Shown here piece by piece: positions 38,065 through 47,769 of a DNA stretch of 63,212 bases. Where the stretch lies: IMG/VR virus record IMGVR_UViG_3300045988_149942; one strand, given 5' to 3'. Each line of letters begins with the position of its first letter. Positions within the stretch are counted from its first letter, which is position 1. The stretch comes from a virus. The position numbers and the translations under genes are program-made. The notes beneath the pieces are model-generated. The model did not search any database, was not told the origin of the DNA, and was given only the letters and a program-made list of their open reading frames with translations.

Positions 38065-38352
38065 ATGGCAACGATCCAGCTCACAAGTCGTGTAGCGTGG
38101 AGCGTAAATTCCAAGCCGGATTGGGTTACCGTCACCCCCAGCAGTGGGGGTGGCGGTACCAAGTCCGTTGGAATTTCCGTGTCTGAAAACCTCACCAAGC
38201 AAGAGAGGACGGGAGAGGTACGCTTCTACAACGAGGACGGCTTCTACGAATCGCTCACGGTGACGCAGGATCGTTACAACGGCGTTGTTCTTGTTTACAA
38301 CGGAAAACTCCCCGTTTATGACGGGGCAAAAATAGTATTCAATGGAGATTAA
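38065..38352 (+). CDS. BACON-domain protein C
   Basis: IQLTSRVAWSVNSKPDWVTVTPSSGGGGTKSVGISVSENLTKQERTGEVRF...LTVTQ. Confidence 0.7.
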   Translation: MATIQLTSRVAWSVNSKPDWVTVTPSSGGGGTKSVGISVSENLTKQERTGEVRFYNEDGFYESLTVTQDRYNGVVLVYNGKLPVYDGAKIVFNGD

Positions 38353-39016
38353 CTGGGAAGGGATCGCCGTCTTCCTTACGGCATTGGCCGGGTTCTCGGG
38401 GATCATCCTTCCTATCGTGAACTCCAAAGTGAAACGCGCCGAGAAGCGCTATGACATCGAACTGGAACGCCTTCGGCGTGAAACCGACGAGAGGCAGGGA
38501 TATATGAAGGCTCAGTTGAGCACCGTGTATTCCAGCATCTACGGTTATCTATGGAAGAGCATGTTTCGAATGAGCGCACAGCGGGTCGGAATTTTACAGC
38601 CGCACCCGCTGAGCCACAAACAGTACTTCTCATGTTCGTTCGAGATCGTAGAGCCCGACAGCGGCATACAGTCATGTAAGAGTGAGTTTCAGTTCAAGCG
38701 CATGGCCGAGTGGAGCAACTTTGTTTCCCGGCTCGGTGCCGAGGGCTGGATGATATATACAGACATCGAGAATATCAAGGACAAGAAGGTCTACGCGGAA
38801 GCACACCGTCGGGGAGTTCGGAGTCTCTTCTTCCGTCGCCTCACCAATGCCGACGGAGACTGGATTGGAACGCTGTACGCGGAGTTCTTCGATCCCGTGA
38901 CCGATCCTGCTATTATCGCCAATATCAAGGGAGAAATGGAGCGCAAAGCTATGCTGATCCAAGACATTCTCCCAGAGTACAAACCGCTCATGCCCGCAGA
39001 GCAAACAAACGTTTAA
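38342..39016 (+). CDS. membrane-anchored hypothetical protein
   Basis: 224 aa; N-terminal TMD IAVFLTALAGFSGIILPIV. Confidence 0.6.
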   Translation: MEINWEGIAVFLTALAGFSGIILPIVNSKVKRAEKRYDIELERLRRETDERQGYMKAQLSTVYSSIYGYLWKSMFRMSAQRVGILQPHPLSHKQYFSCSFEIVEPDSGIQSCKSEFQFKRMAEWSNFVSRLGAEGWMIYTDIENIKDKKVYAEAHRRGVRSLFFRRLTNADGDWIGTLYAEFFDPVTDPAIIANIKGEMERKAMLIQDILPEYKPLMPAEQTNV

Positions 39017-39021
39017 AAAAT

Positions 39022-41199
39022 ATGGCCGCAAGAGAAGAAAACATTCTGAACGTTCCCCTCTCCGAGACTCTCGAAGGGATGCACGTCCTTTGCGACACCG
39101 GAGATACGGGTGAGCCGTATCGTGTCGCCGCCAGCCTCTTTATTGCCGAGGCAACGCAGGCCGCGAAAGACGCGGTTTCCAACCTTGATCCCAAGGATGT
39201 AACCCTCAAGGGGTTCGCCGCACTTACGGCCGGAAAACCCGCGATCACCGCCAACTCTACGTTGTTGGCGGCCATTCAGTCGTTGTACGCGATGGTGGGC
39301 TCCGGCAAGGTCAAGGTCGTCAGCGATGGTGCCGACCAGACCGGAATGGTCTGCTGGAACGGGACATCGGCCAGCGGATTCGTCATCAACGTGAACGAAG
39401 CGGCCATCTACACCCGTTCGAAGTGGACGCAGTCCAACCCGGATTCCGTGACGGATGCTAACTGGATCGCCGCGGTTAAAACTGGCGGAACAAAGACTCC
39501 CTTCGCCGCCGCCGCGCAGAACCCAAACATGGGCGATCTTCCCACAAACAGCCGTCTCAAGTTCGTCGATAACAAGACCACAATCCTCGGTATGCTCAAG
39601 ATGCTGACTGCCGCCGCAAACGTGGGCCGCCTGCGTATCGTGTCCGGCAATCCCGCCACGGGAGCATCCGGGAAACCGGAGTTGGCCTTCATCGTTAATA
39701 TCGTTCAGGGAGCGAATGCCGAAACGCAGGGTACGAACGGTCTTCAGATTTTCCACCTGACCAACGACTACATCCGCGTCATTCCTTCGTCCAGTGTCGC
39801 TATGGCGTGGCCTACGCTCCAGACGTTGACCGACGAAGACGTCATCAAGAAGTTGAACTCCACTGCCTCTGGCGACTGGGGAGGGTTGGGCGTGAAGATG
39901 AACTGGAATCAATCCTCCATAGCCACGGTTGAAATCACCGATTTCGCAGTACCCGGTATAAATGTAACAAAGGACGGAGAAAGTTTCTTTATTTACGCCT
40001 CCAATCCGTCTCACCATCCTTATAATAACGATGATTCAACATCGTTTGTAGGGATAGCCGTCGCCAGCCCTATCTTTATATCGGGCGACCAACGGCTACT
40101 GTACTACATGGTTCTGGACACCCAAAAGGCGAGATTTTACACCGGATATGCAAACATGGAAGACGATTCGGTCACATGGTCTGACGGCACACAGACTCGC
40201 TTGGGCGGCGCAATACAAATTACCGCTTTCACCAAAGGCGCATTAAGTAGTCTGGTGTACGACTACAAACCCGGTGATTTCATACCGTTCTATACGAGGA
40301 ATGTAACTGCTTCGGCATCAAACCAGTTCCCTGAATCAGGCGTCTTCAATGGCTTTATATCCATGGGAAGCAACGAGGGCGATTATTTCCAGATATTCGC
40401 CTTTAAGACTGGTGCTGGCGGAAAAGCTTATTCAGGATCGTGTATTAGAAGCACTACCACTTGGACAAAACTTGGTGGCGGAGGCGGAGAACAAACAGTA
40501 ATATGGATCAATGCCAATCAAAACGTCTTCGATGTGGGCCTATATCCTTTCACTAAACTGGGTGAAATGTTCCCTATCTTCATTGACACATCAGCCACCA
40601 ATAATCCTTCTAAGGAAGGCTACCCTTGCGCGGGCACTGTTCAATGTGTAGGTTACCAAGGCCCAGAATCTTGGGAGGCGGTATTCGTAGTAGGTAGTGC
40701 CAACGAAGACCAAACTCCTCGCGGAGACTACTACAAGGCTCACCTGAGTTACGACATGGGGGGTTCTGCGTGGATCGAGCTAACGACGGGTAGCTCAAAT
40801 GAAATCTTCCCCGGCTGGAAACTGATTGTAAGTTCGTGGAGTAGCGCCGTAGGACCATCCGGAACGACTGGGATTATTCATTTCAATCAGGAGATACCCA
40901 CCACCTCGAAAATACTTATCGAAGCAACTATCCAGTCCTCTCCCGCTACAACGGCTATAATTAAGTTCCCGGTGCCTCTTACTATCGCGGGCATTAATGG
41001 AACCGGACAAGGAGTATTGTTTGAGATTTGCTCGAAGTATCTGGGCATTAACAGCACTCCGGGCAGTATCAAACTTATCTGTTCGTCGGTTATCACCGGA
41101 GCCAACGGGGTGCGAGGCATGAACGTTATTGTACAATCGAACAACTTATCAGACGCTTCGGATATTATCCAAATAAAAGGGATATATTTCAAAGCATAA
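39022..41199 (+). CDS. tail fibre / receptor-binding protein with exchangeable C-terminal tip
   Basis: ORF 38710..41199 trimmed to ATG 39022; 725 aa, Gly/Ser/Thr/Ala-rich; carries in-frame site S4. Confidence 0.7.
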   Translation: MAAREENILNVPLSETLEGMHVLCDTGDTGEPYRVAASLFIAEATQAAKDAVSNLDPKDVTLKGFAALTAGKPAITANSTLLAAIQSLYAMVGSGKVKVVSDGADQTGMVCWNGTSASGFVINVNEAAIYTRSKWTQSNPDSVTDANWIAAVKTGGTKTPFAAAAQNPNMGDLPTNSRLKFVDNKTTILGMLKMLTAAANVGRLRIVSGNPATGASGKPELAFIVNIVQGANAETQGTNGLQIFHLTNDYIRVIPSSSVAMAWPTLQTLTDEDVIKKLNSTASGDWGGLGVKMNWNQSSIATVEITDFAVPGINVTKDGESFFIYASNPSHHPYNNDDSTSFVGIAVASPIFISGDQRLLYYMVLDTQKARFYTGYANMEDDSVTWSDGTQTRLGGAIQITAFTKGALSSLVYDYKPGDFIPFYTRNVTASASNQFPESGVFNGFISMGSNEGDYFQIFAFKTGAGGKAYSGSCIRSTTTWTKLGGGGGEQTVIWINANQNVFDVGLYPFTKLGEMFPIFIDTSATNNPSKEGYPCAGTVQCVGYQGPESWEAVFVVGSANEDQTPRGDYYKAHLSYDMGGSAWIELTTGSSNEIFPGWKLIVSSWSSAVGPSGTTGIIHFNQEIPTTSKILIEATIQSSPATTAIIKFPVPLTIAGINGTGQGVLFEICSKYLGINSTPGSIKLICSSVITGANGVRGMNVIVQSNNLSDASDIIQIKGIYFKA
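40783..40801 (+). repeat. recombination-site candidate S4 (core ACGGGTAGCTC 40786-40796, read T-G-S-S)
   Basis: 11/11 core identity with S1, S2 and S3. Confidence 0.6.
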
Positions 41200-41206
41200 T
41201 AATAGT

Positions 41207-41230
41207 AAAGCCCCTCTAATGAGGGGCTTT
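41207..41230. terminator. Bidirectional hairpin terminator AAAGCCCCTC-taat-GAGGGGCTTT
   Basis: Perfect 10-bp stem with A/T flanks between convergent ORFs; same stem as at 47349. Confidence 0.75.
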
Positions 41231-41233
41231 CAT

Positions 41234-41671
41234 TTACAGCGCCTTGGATAGCCTATATATGCCTACGACATGGAATGCTTCTATGATAGTATCCATCTCT
41301 CCGGTAGCCTCCATCGAAAGTATCGTATCCGACGCCGACAGCATTAAGTTGAAGCCGGATATGATGGATACACCTCCGGTGGCCGACGAGTAATCGAATG
41401 CCTCCACTGTAACATCGTATGTGCCAGATGTGGCGGTCCAAATGATACTGCGACCTCCTTGGGGGCCTACCATAGTGTGATCGTCGGATATAAAATCGTA
41501 TACAATCATCAGCAAGTCGCCGTCGTGCACTTCACCACCCAAGTTGAATGTTTCCGGCGCGGCGTTAGCCAAGGCTATGTCGCCTACGAATAGTTGTTCT
41601 GTTCCACTTGAGCTACCCGTGATTTGATATATGATGCTTAGTGATGACCTCGCGATTCGCGACTCCATCAT
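41234..41671 (-). CDS. tail-fibre tip cassette 1 (silent/alternative copy with 16-codon leader)
   Basis: MMESRIARSSLSIIYQ-ITGSS-...VGIYRLSKAL; site S1 is in frame. Confidence 0.55.
   Translation of the reverse strand: MMESRIARSSLSIIYQITGSSSGTEQLFVGDIALANAAPETFNLGGEVHDGDLLMIVYDFISDDHTMVGPQGGRSIIWTATSGTYDVTVEAFDYSSATGGVSIISGFNLMLSASDTILSMEATGEMDTIIEAFHVVGIYRLSKAL
41605..41624 (-). repeat. recombination-site candidate S1 (inverted relative to S4)
   Basis: Sense strand CAAATCACGGGTAGCTCAAGTG. Confidence 0.6.
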
Positions 41672-41760
41672 AACGCAACGTAACTGCCTAACCCTCTCCC
41701 GAAACGGAGATTCATTTCGGCTATAATATCGTTATCGGAATACCGATAACGAATGATAGT

Positions 41761-41786
41761 AAAAAGGGACCCGTTGGAGTCCCTTT
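41761..41786 (-). terminator. Terminator after the tail-tip gene
   Basis: AAGGGAC...GTCCCTT stem + T5 on the minus strand. Confidence 0.6.
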
Positions 41787-41788
41787 CG

Positions 41789-44700
41789 CTATCGCATCAT
41801 GTGGTTGTAGAGCCAGTATTGTCCATCCCATAGAAACAGTGCGGCGTCTCCCAAACCTTCTCCAACGCTTGTTTCTAATGAAGCAGAACCTCTTAATATC
41901 CGTGCCCCATTTCCATTCACCTTAACATTGGCCGAATTATTGCGGCGCACGATAACAAAATTGCCCTCGGCTCCTCCCGGCACGACCGCTGGTAATGTTA
42001 TCGTTATTTCCGATGTATTATAACACGACACATACATCACGCTATGATCTATGGTCGTAGAGGCGCTAATCCTTAGTGTTTTGTAGGCCAAACCTGAAAC
42101 GTACCCATTCTCGATGCGTATTGCTTCGTTTTGTTGACCTCCTCTTACATCTATAAGAAGCCCGATGTTATATCCAAACATATTGTCATCCCTCCAACTC
42201 TCAAATCGAGCCATGCAGGTTGCACCCGTCGTTGCGGAGAACACGTTGGTTCCCATGAAAACGTTTACATCTACGATAGGGTTGGATGATTTTTCCGAGA
42301 ACTTGATAAACGAATCATACAACGACATCCCGTTGGTGGGATTAGGGTCATTTGGATCGGATATACTTCCTATACGCCCACTCCCTATTTGGAATCCGCC
42401 TATCGAGCCGCTTTCGGCTACTATTTCTCCTTTAATTTCAGCCTCACTGGATATTAACTTGCCTCCCTCCAGAATCTTCGTCGGCGCATCGTACCGCTCC
42501 GAGAACGGCTTTCCAGCCCAGAACCGAATCTGACCCTCGCTGGCCGCCACACCAGAGGGCACGGCGGCATCATCCGCCGTCATGCCGACCAGTACGCTCT
42601 CAACCTTGGTCTCCGATCCCACACCGATGTACCCCTGAGCGATGAAGCTACCCTGAAAGTATGCCTCCTCTGCCGCGGCCCGGATTACGTCTCCAACGAA
42701 GGAGAGCTCGTTCTTGCCGTCGGCGAGAGACTCGTACTTGAGGTACTTGGTGCGCTCTCGGTTGCCGACGTAGAGGTTGCCGAAGACCTCGGCCCACGTC
42801 TTGCCTTCGATCCGGCCGAGGTTGATGCTGTCCTTGGCTGTAAGGTTGTAGCCAGTGATGTCATCGAGCCATGTCATCAGAGCACCGCCTTCTCGGGAAA
42901 CATCTATGACTATGGCCGACTGCCGCGATGTATCGGTCGGGTTTCCAAGTTGAACTACGTTATCTCCGGCATGCGGCTCGTCGCTATTGGTGGCCGCATC
43001 GGTCTTGGAAAGGTCGATATAGTTGATACCTATGCCGACAACCTTGCGCCAGTAGAAGATGTTCTCCAGCGTCGATTCGTCGATGTCGCCGATCATCTGG
43101 GAATAGGCTTGATCGCCGACCACAAACTCATTCGTCTGCTTTCCGTCGGTCTGCTCCAGATAGCATCGCCATGCCTCTCCGATGTCCTCAACTTCCGAAA
43201 TAGTTCCGGAGGCACTGGTCAACACCTGCTTGCCGCCTATCGCTGTTATCTGATTGATAACGATTTCGTTCACGTTCATCTTGCGACGAACGAAGAGGTG
43301 ATCTACCTCTAATACAGAGCTACCGTCCGGGTTCTTGTACATCCCCCACCCAGAGCCCCCGAAGCCTCCTTGCCGGAAGTTGTCGCTCATGGTCGTGTCG
43401 GCGAATGTAACCTCGGCCGTAAAGTGCGTCGGAGAGTACGAGCGGGCCGCAATTCCATCCTTGCGCAGAAACAGCGTTTCGAACGTTTTGGCGGCCTCAG
43501 CAACGATTTGGGAGGATGACATGATGTTGGAGCTAAGGCGCCGAATTTCGCCTTGTATGGCCGACGTAGAGGTCTTACTCGCTACCATCTCCTCCGACAC
43601 CGTGATAGTCCATTCGGGGAGGAGTTTGCCCTCCTTATAGGCAATGGTCAGGTTATTGATATACAGCACCAGATCGGTCTCGCCGATAAGTTGGTTGTTG
43701 TGTAATCGTATCTTCGTTCCCGGCCGGAGCTTCTCGCGCTCTTCAAAACTTTCGCAGAATATCGCGCTCGGCTTGGCGGAGAAGGTTGGATTCTCGTCAT
43801 CGACGCGATCCAGTTCCACTTCGAGGTAGTCCTGCAACTTATCCTCGGCCCACAACACATACTGATGGGGCATTTCGATGTTGATAAGGAAGAAGTGGTC
43901 TCCCGGCTTAGCGTTCTGCTTTGTGTTGGGGAGCATGAGGCCGGAGGCGCGAAGCTCGGCATCCGACTTGATAAGCGATAGCCGATACTTGGATTTCACT
44001 GTGATCGTGTTCCCTTCCTCGTCCACCGTTTCGATATGCTTGGAGTCATCCTCCCATATACACCAGTAGTCGCCAGTTTCAGGGTCTTTGGCCTCTGGGT
44101 TGCCGAGCGTCGGGTCTTTGGCGATAACAAATTCGTAGTCCTCTCCGGCCAGCAACCCGTCGGAGAACATGACCGTAGCCTCGCGCTGACCGATCTTCGG
44201 CCACCACACGTCTACGATAGAGCCAGTCTCGCCCCAAATATCCTTAATCCAGATGTCGAATACTTGACGGTATGGGCCAATTCCCTCAGCCGGAGCTACA
44301 CTGAACCTCCCGGTGGTAACCGCCATGTAGTAGTGCTGGTTGCTTCCGGGGTTGGTTGTGCACTTGAAAGATACAGATGTCCGGACTCGATACTTACCCA
44401 TCGGCAACTGAATCTCAAACTTACTCTTGCCTTCGTTCTGAACTTCACCTCTTGCATCAGTGTATTCCATATCAGTTAGCGCATTCAACGCTTTCGAGAA
44501 TACCACCTGATTGAACTCAGAGAGGACATACACATTCAGCTCAGCGTACTCCAAGTGATTGCTGTCGAACCATTTAGTATATCTTTCTACACCTCTTGGC
44601 ACGGTGCTCGTCTCCTTTCCGTATATGCTGAATGTAAGGGTAGGAAGCGTTGCCTTAACTTCCATCTCTTCACTGGTTACGGACTGGGTGAATAGCTTGT

Positions 44701-45967
44701 CATACACTACTGGGCCCCGCCGCGTGTCCATTCCCGGAAAATCAACTTTTATTTCCGTAGATTTATAGGCAAATTTGCCTTTTTCTTCGGCTTCCGCGTA
44801 GTTATCATTCGTCACCTCCTCGACCGCAATCACCTCGTCGGCCCGGCCAAGTGTGCCAAGCCATACATTCTGGATCGAAGGGTAAATCTCCTCGTTGTCT
44901 TCGAGCACCCCGACCCGAACGCCCCACTTCTCCTGCATCGGAGAGTCGGCATAGTCGGACGGGTACATCTGTCGCCCGGCCTTCATATCGGAGTAGCCGA
45001 GCATGTAGTACGGGTTGTTGCCTTCGGCCGGGTCCTTTCCGGCCGTAGCGTCATTCCAGCCTCGAACATAGTCGCGGTACGACTTCGGCATGAGGTTGGA
45101 GTAGTAGGATAGCTCGGTAATCGAGTTTGCATCGGGGTCTCCGACGAAGGCCCCGGCCGCACCCTTGAAGTAGCGGTAGGGGAGGTTCCGGGTCGAACCG
45201 CGGCCAATCAGCCGGGTGTAGATGTCCGTCTGGTCATTCACGCGCTGGATCGAAACCAGTCCGGTTCCGTCTGCGTTCGCCTCGTCCATCGGCACGTCGC
45301 CGTAATCGAAGATGTGCTCGATCTCGGGCGACGGGAAACCGACTTTAATGCTGATCTGGCCGTTGTCTTCTTCGATACTCCAGCGAACACCGTATAGCTC
45401 GTATAGCTGGGTCAGCACATCCCAGATCGTCGTCTTGTCAACACTCACGGTAGCCCGGAACGGATTTATCTCCATATCCGGGTTCAGAACCACCTTCCAA
45501 CGCGCTCCGTAGTAGTAAGCGAGGTTATCCCCCAACCGACCGACAAACTCCGTCAAATCGGCTAAAAATGCGAATTTCATGCCGATGGTCTGGAGCGTAC
45601 CGTCGGTGAGCTTGATTATATTCGAGAACGGGTAGAATTTGAGGTCCTCCCGCTCCGAAACGAAGGTGAGCGTGTATTTGTAGCGGAGCGACTTGAGGTC
45701 CTTGATCCCCGGCGGCGCATAGCTCTTGAGATGGTATGTCTCGCCGTTGTACACCACGGTCCAGTTCAAGTTGAATCCCGGCTCCTCTTCGGGACCGAAG
45801 TAGACATCCATCGTGATGACCGACTCCCCCATGTCAACCTCGTTGACCGTGAAGTTCGTGATCTCGATTTCGTTCGCCAAAAGATTAAAGGTGATGGCCT
45901 TGTTGTTGTAGAGCATCACCTTATTGTCGTAGACGAGTAGAGCGGGAACCAGCGACTTGATTATCAT
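41789..45967 (-). CDS. tail tip / baseplate hub protein (Tal-like, 1392 aa)
   Basis: Very long ORF directly downstream of a Dit-sized gene; typical siphovirus distal tail arrangement. Confidence 0.75.
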   Translation of the reverse strand: MIIKSLVPALLVYDNKVMLYNNKAITFNLLANEIEITNFTVNEVDMGESVITMDVYFGPEEEPGFNLNWTVVYNGETYHLKSYAPPGIKDLKSLRYKYTLTFVSEREDLKFYPFSNIIKLTDGTLQTIGMKFAFLADLTEFVGRLGDNLAYYYGARWKVVLNPDMEINPFRATVSVDKTTIWDVLTQLYELYGVRWSIEEDNGQISIKVGFPSPEIEHIFDYGDVPMDEANADGTGLVSIQRVNDQTDIYTRLIGRGSTRNLPYRYFKGAAGAFVGDPDANSITELSYYSNLMPKSYRDYVRGWNDATAGKDPAEGNNPYYMLGYSDMKAGRQMYPSDYADSPMQEKWGVRVGVLEDNEEIYPSIQNVWLGTLGRADEVIAVEEVTNDNYAEAEEKGKFAYKSTEIKVDFPGMDTRRGPVVYDKLFTQSVTSEEMEVKATLPTLTFSIYGKETSTVPRGVERYTKWFDSNHLEYAELNVYVLSEFNQVVFSKALNALTDMEYTDARGEVQNEGKSKFEIQLPMGKYRVRTSVSFKCTTNPGSNQHYYMAVTTGRFSVAPAEGIGPYRQVFDIWIKDIWGETGSIVDVWWPKIGQREATVMFSDGLLAGEDYEFVIAKDPTLGNPEAKDPETGDYWCIWEDDSKHIETVDEEGNTITVKSKYRLSLIKSDAELRASGLMLPNTKQNAKPGDHFFLINIEMPHQYVLWAEDKLQDYLEVELDRVDDENPTFSAKPSAIFCESFEEREKLRPGTKIRLHNNQLIGETDLVLYINNLTIAYKEGKLLPEWTITVSEEMVASKTSTSAIQGEIRRLSSNIMSSSQIVAEAAKTFETLFLRKDGIAARSYSPTHFTAEVTFADTTMSDNFRQGGFGGSGWGMYKNPDGSSVLEVDHLFVRRKMNVNEIVINQITAIGGKQVLTSASGTISEVEDIGEAWRCYLEQTDGKQTNEFVVGDQAYSQMIGDIDESTLENIFYWRKVVGIGINYIDLSKTDAATNSDEPHAGDNVVQLGNPTDTSRQSAIVIDVSREGGALMTWLDDITGYNLTAKDSINLGRIEGKTWAEVFGNLYVGNRERTKYLKYESLADGKNELSFVGDVIRAAAEEAYFQGSFIAQGYIGVGSETKVESVLVGMTADDAAVPSGVAASEGQIRFWAGKPFSERYDAPTKILEGGKLISSEAEIKGEIVAESGSIGGFQIGSGRIGSISDPNDPNPTNGMSLYDSFIKFSEKSSNPIVDVNVFMGTNVFSATTGATCMARFESWRDDNMFGYNIGLLIDVRGGQQNEAIRIENGYVSGLAYKTLRISASTTIDHSVMYVSCYNTSEITITLPAVVPGGAEGNFVIVRRNNSANVKVNGNGARILRGSASLETSVGEGLGDAALFLWDGQYWLYNHMMR

Positions 45968-46380
45968 GTTATATGGTAGTTAAAATCACACTTGTTAGGT
46001 TCGGCTACATAGAGCGTCAATTCGAAGATGAACGCGCCCTGCATGACCTGCACGATAGTCTCAGAGCCCGGCATCTTGGTCGGGTAGCCTACGATCTTCA
46101 CGCCTTTGTAAAGGTTATATATTGTGACCGGGAGAGCTTTCTTTACGTCGCCGTTCGTAGTGGGCTCGAAGAAGGAGTCCCATAGGGATCGGATCGCCGC
46201 GTTCATCGTTTCGAGCTCACCGAAGTAGAGTAGCTTCACGGTGTACTCGAAAGCCTTGTCTACGGTGTAGGGATATATCTTAACACCGTCGCGCTCCGGA
46301 TAGTCCTCCTCTTCGTAGGAACGCTTCTCCGGCGCGAGAATATCAGGGGATTCCATCAGGTGAAATCCCATCGTCTGCAT
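45964..46380 (-). CDS. distal tail protein (Dit-like, putative)
   Basis: ORF 45964..46494 trimmed to ATG 46380 (18 nt after the upstream stop); ATGA overlap with the Tal start. Confidence 0.5.
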   Translation of the reverse strand: MQTMGFHLMESPDILAPEKRSYEEEDYPERDGVKIYPYTVDKAFEYTVKLLYFGELETMNAAIRSLWDSFFEPTTNGDVKKALPVTIYNLYKGVKIVGYPTKMPGSETIVQVMQGAFIFELTLYVAEPNKCDFNYHIT

Positions 46381-46400
46381 ATCTCGAACCTCTCCGTCGG

Positions 46401-46925
46401 CTACTTGGTAGCGGAGGCGGCAATCCCTTGTGGCTTCCATTTCTTGCGCTTGATTCGTATGTTGCCTTTGAATACCGGGACGCAGTGTCCCCACTGGTAG
46501 ACGGTTACGGGCTTTACGGACTTGTTGTTGATCCTCACCGGGGAGTTGTCGAAGATGTCGAGGATCAGTATTGCGTTCGGTGCTACCTCGAATTTAAGGT
46601 TGCTCCCGTATGCAACATAGGCATGCACCACGGCCCACTCCTTAACCCGAACCGTCCCCTCGCAAAGCCAAAAAACATCGACTCCTTGAACGGCTTCGGT
46701 ATCTACCGTCTGCTGGACGAAGATACCAGCCACATTCAAGTCTTTCTTATCCCAGCACGTGCGAATCAACTCAACCGAAGGAAACCCGGAAAAAGTGCAC
46801 TCCTGAATCATAGTTTTGAAGTGATCGAAGAGCGCAGGGGTATCTTCCGTGAGCATCTGCTTGAAATGATCCTCACATATCCCGGCCGCATGAGCCTCCC
46901 GCGTCAGTGCTTTGATGATGTCCAT
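46401..46925 (-). CDS. hypothetical protein
   Basis: ORF 46401..46964 (TTG start) trimmed to ATG 46925. Confidence 0.55.
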   Translation of the reverse strand: MDIIKALTREAHAAGICEDHFKQMLTEDTPALFDHFKTMIQECTFSGFPSVELIRTCWDKKDLNVAGIFVQQTVDTEAVQGVDVFWLCEGTVRVKEWAVVHAYVAYGSNLKFEVAPNAILILDIFDNSPVRINNKSVKPVTVYQWGHCVPVFKGNIRIKRKKWKPQGIAASATK

Positions 46926-46963
46926 AACCGCTCCAAATATACGCAAAAAAAAAGCGTAAACCA

Positions 46964-46983
46964 AATCACGGGTAGCTCGGGTG
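46964..46983 (+). repeat. recombination-site candidate S3
   Basis: AATCACGGGTAGCTCGGGTG, 20/20 identical to inverted S2. Confidence 0.65.
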
Positions 46984-47342
46984 TAAAAAAGCTACCGGGG
47001 TTAGACGTGGTGCTCAACGAAAGCACTGCTGTCATCCCCTACGCATCTACCGAATTAGTGCCGTTATCGGCAGGTACCACATTATTGCTTTGTTTCGAAT
47101 TGGCCGATTCCGATGCTCGGTTTAGTCCGTGCGGAAATGTGGTTGTATATTATGATTTGCCTCCGGCGAACAATTTATGGGGAACGATTGCAGGATTCTT
47201 CGATAACGCAACCGGTTCTAATGGGTTCATCAACGCCCGGCGCCGTGGAGCAGGAATCTTTGATTTTCAATGTTTGAGCGCATTAGTAGACGGGTATCCA
47301 TCCCTCGAAGTGTACCTCAAGCATATCCTTATACTTGGATAG
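46965..47342 (+). other. startless tail-fibre tip cassette 3 (126 codons from ITGSS to stop)
   Basis: In-frame ITGSSGVKKLPG...EVYLKHILILG; the upstream part of ORF 46428..47342 is antisense to a real gene. Confidence 0.5.
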
Positions 47343-47348
47343 CAAAGC

Positions 47349-47374
47349 AAAGCCCCTCGTTTTGAGGGGCTTTT
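47349..47374. terminator. Bidirectional hairpin terminator AAAGCCCCTC-gtttt-GAGGGGCTTTT
   Basis: Same stem sequence as 41207-41230. Confidence 0.75.
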
Positions 47375-47377
47375 CAA

Positions 47378-47764
47378 TTACTTTCCTGAAATATTGTATA
47401 TTCCCGTTATAAGGTATTGAGGGCCATGAGTACTACCGCCCCAGGATGCAGCCGAAAATAAAAGAGCCTCCGACCCAGCTTCGGTTGTACTTTGATCAAG
47501 GAAAAGTCCATAATATTCACTCGGAGTGACGAAATTTTCTACTAATTCCAAGAACACATCATGCCCATATGCGTTTGGATTAATAATAGCTTGACCTGGA
47601 ACGTCTATACCTAAATAGGAGGTATTTTGTTTACGCCATGTGATCAACACTCTATCTGTTGCTTTGAGTGCTCTTGTAAGATTAATTTGTACTGGGTCCC
47701 CATTGCCCGCATCGGAGTCAACCATGACATAAGTTGCTTCCGTAGGAGTCCACAGTGCCTCCAT
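47378..47764 (-). CDS. tail-fibre tip cassette 2 (frame stays open upstream through ITGSS to 47788)
   Basis: L-ITGSS-GGG-MEALWTP...LITGIYNISGK. Confidence 0.55.
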   Translation of the reverse strand: MEALWTPTEATYVMVDSDAGNGDPVQINLTRALKATDRVLITWRKQNTSYLGIDVPGQAIINPNAYGHDVFLELVENFVTPSEYYGLFLDQSTTEAGSEALLFSAASWGGSTHGPQYLITGIYNISGK

Positions 47765-47769
47765 TCCTC

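Noticed and set aside
46428-46964. Upstream 180 codons of the 304-aa plus-strand ORF 46428..47342, which could have been a constant region for cassette 3
   Set aside because: This part is antisense to the plausible gene 46401..46925 and its translation is not protein-like. Only the part after the ITGSS site (46965..47342) resembles the other fibre tips.
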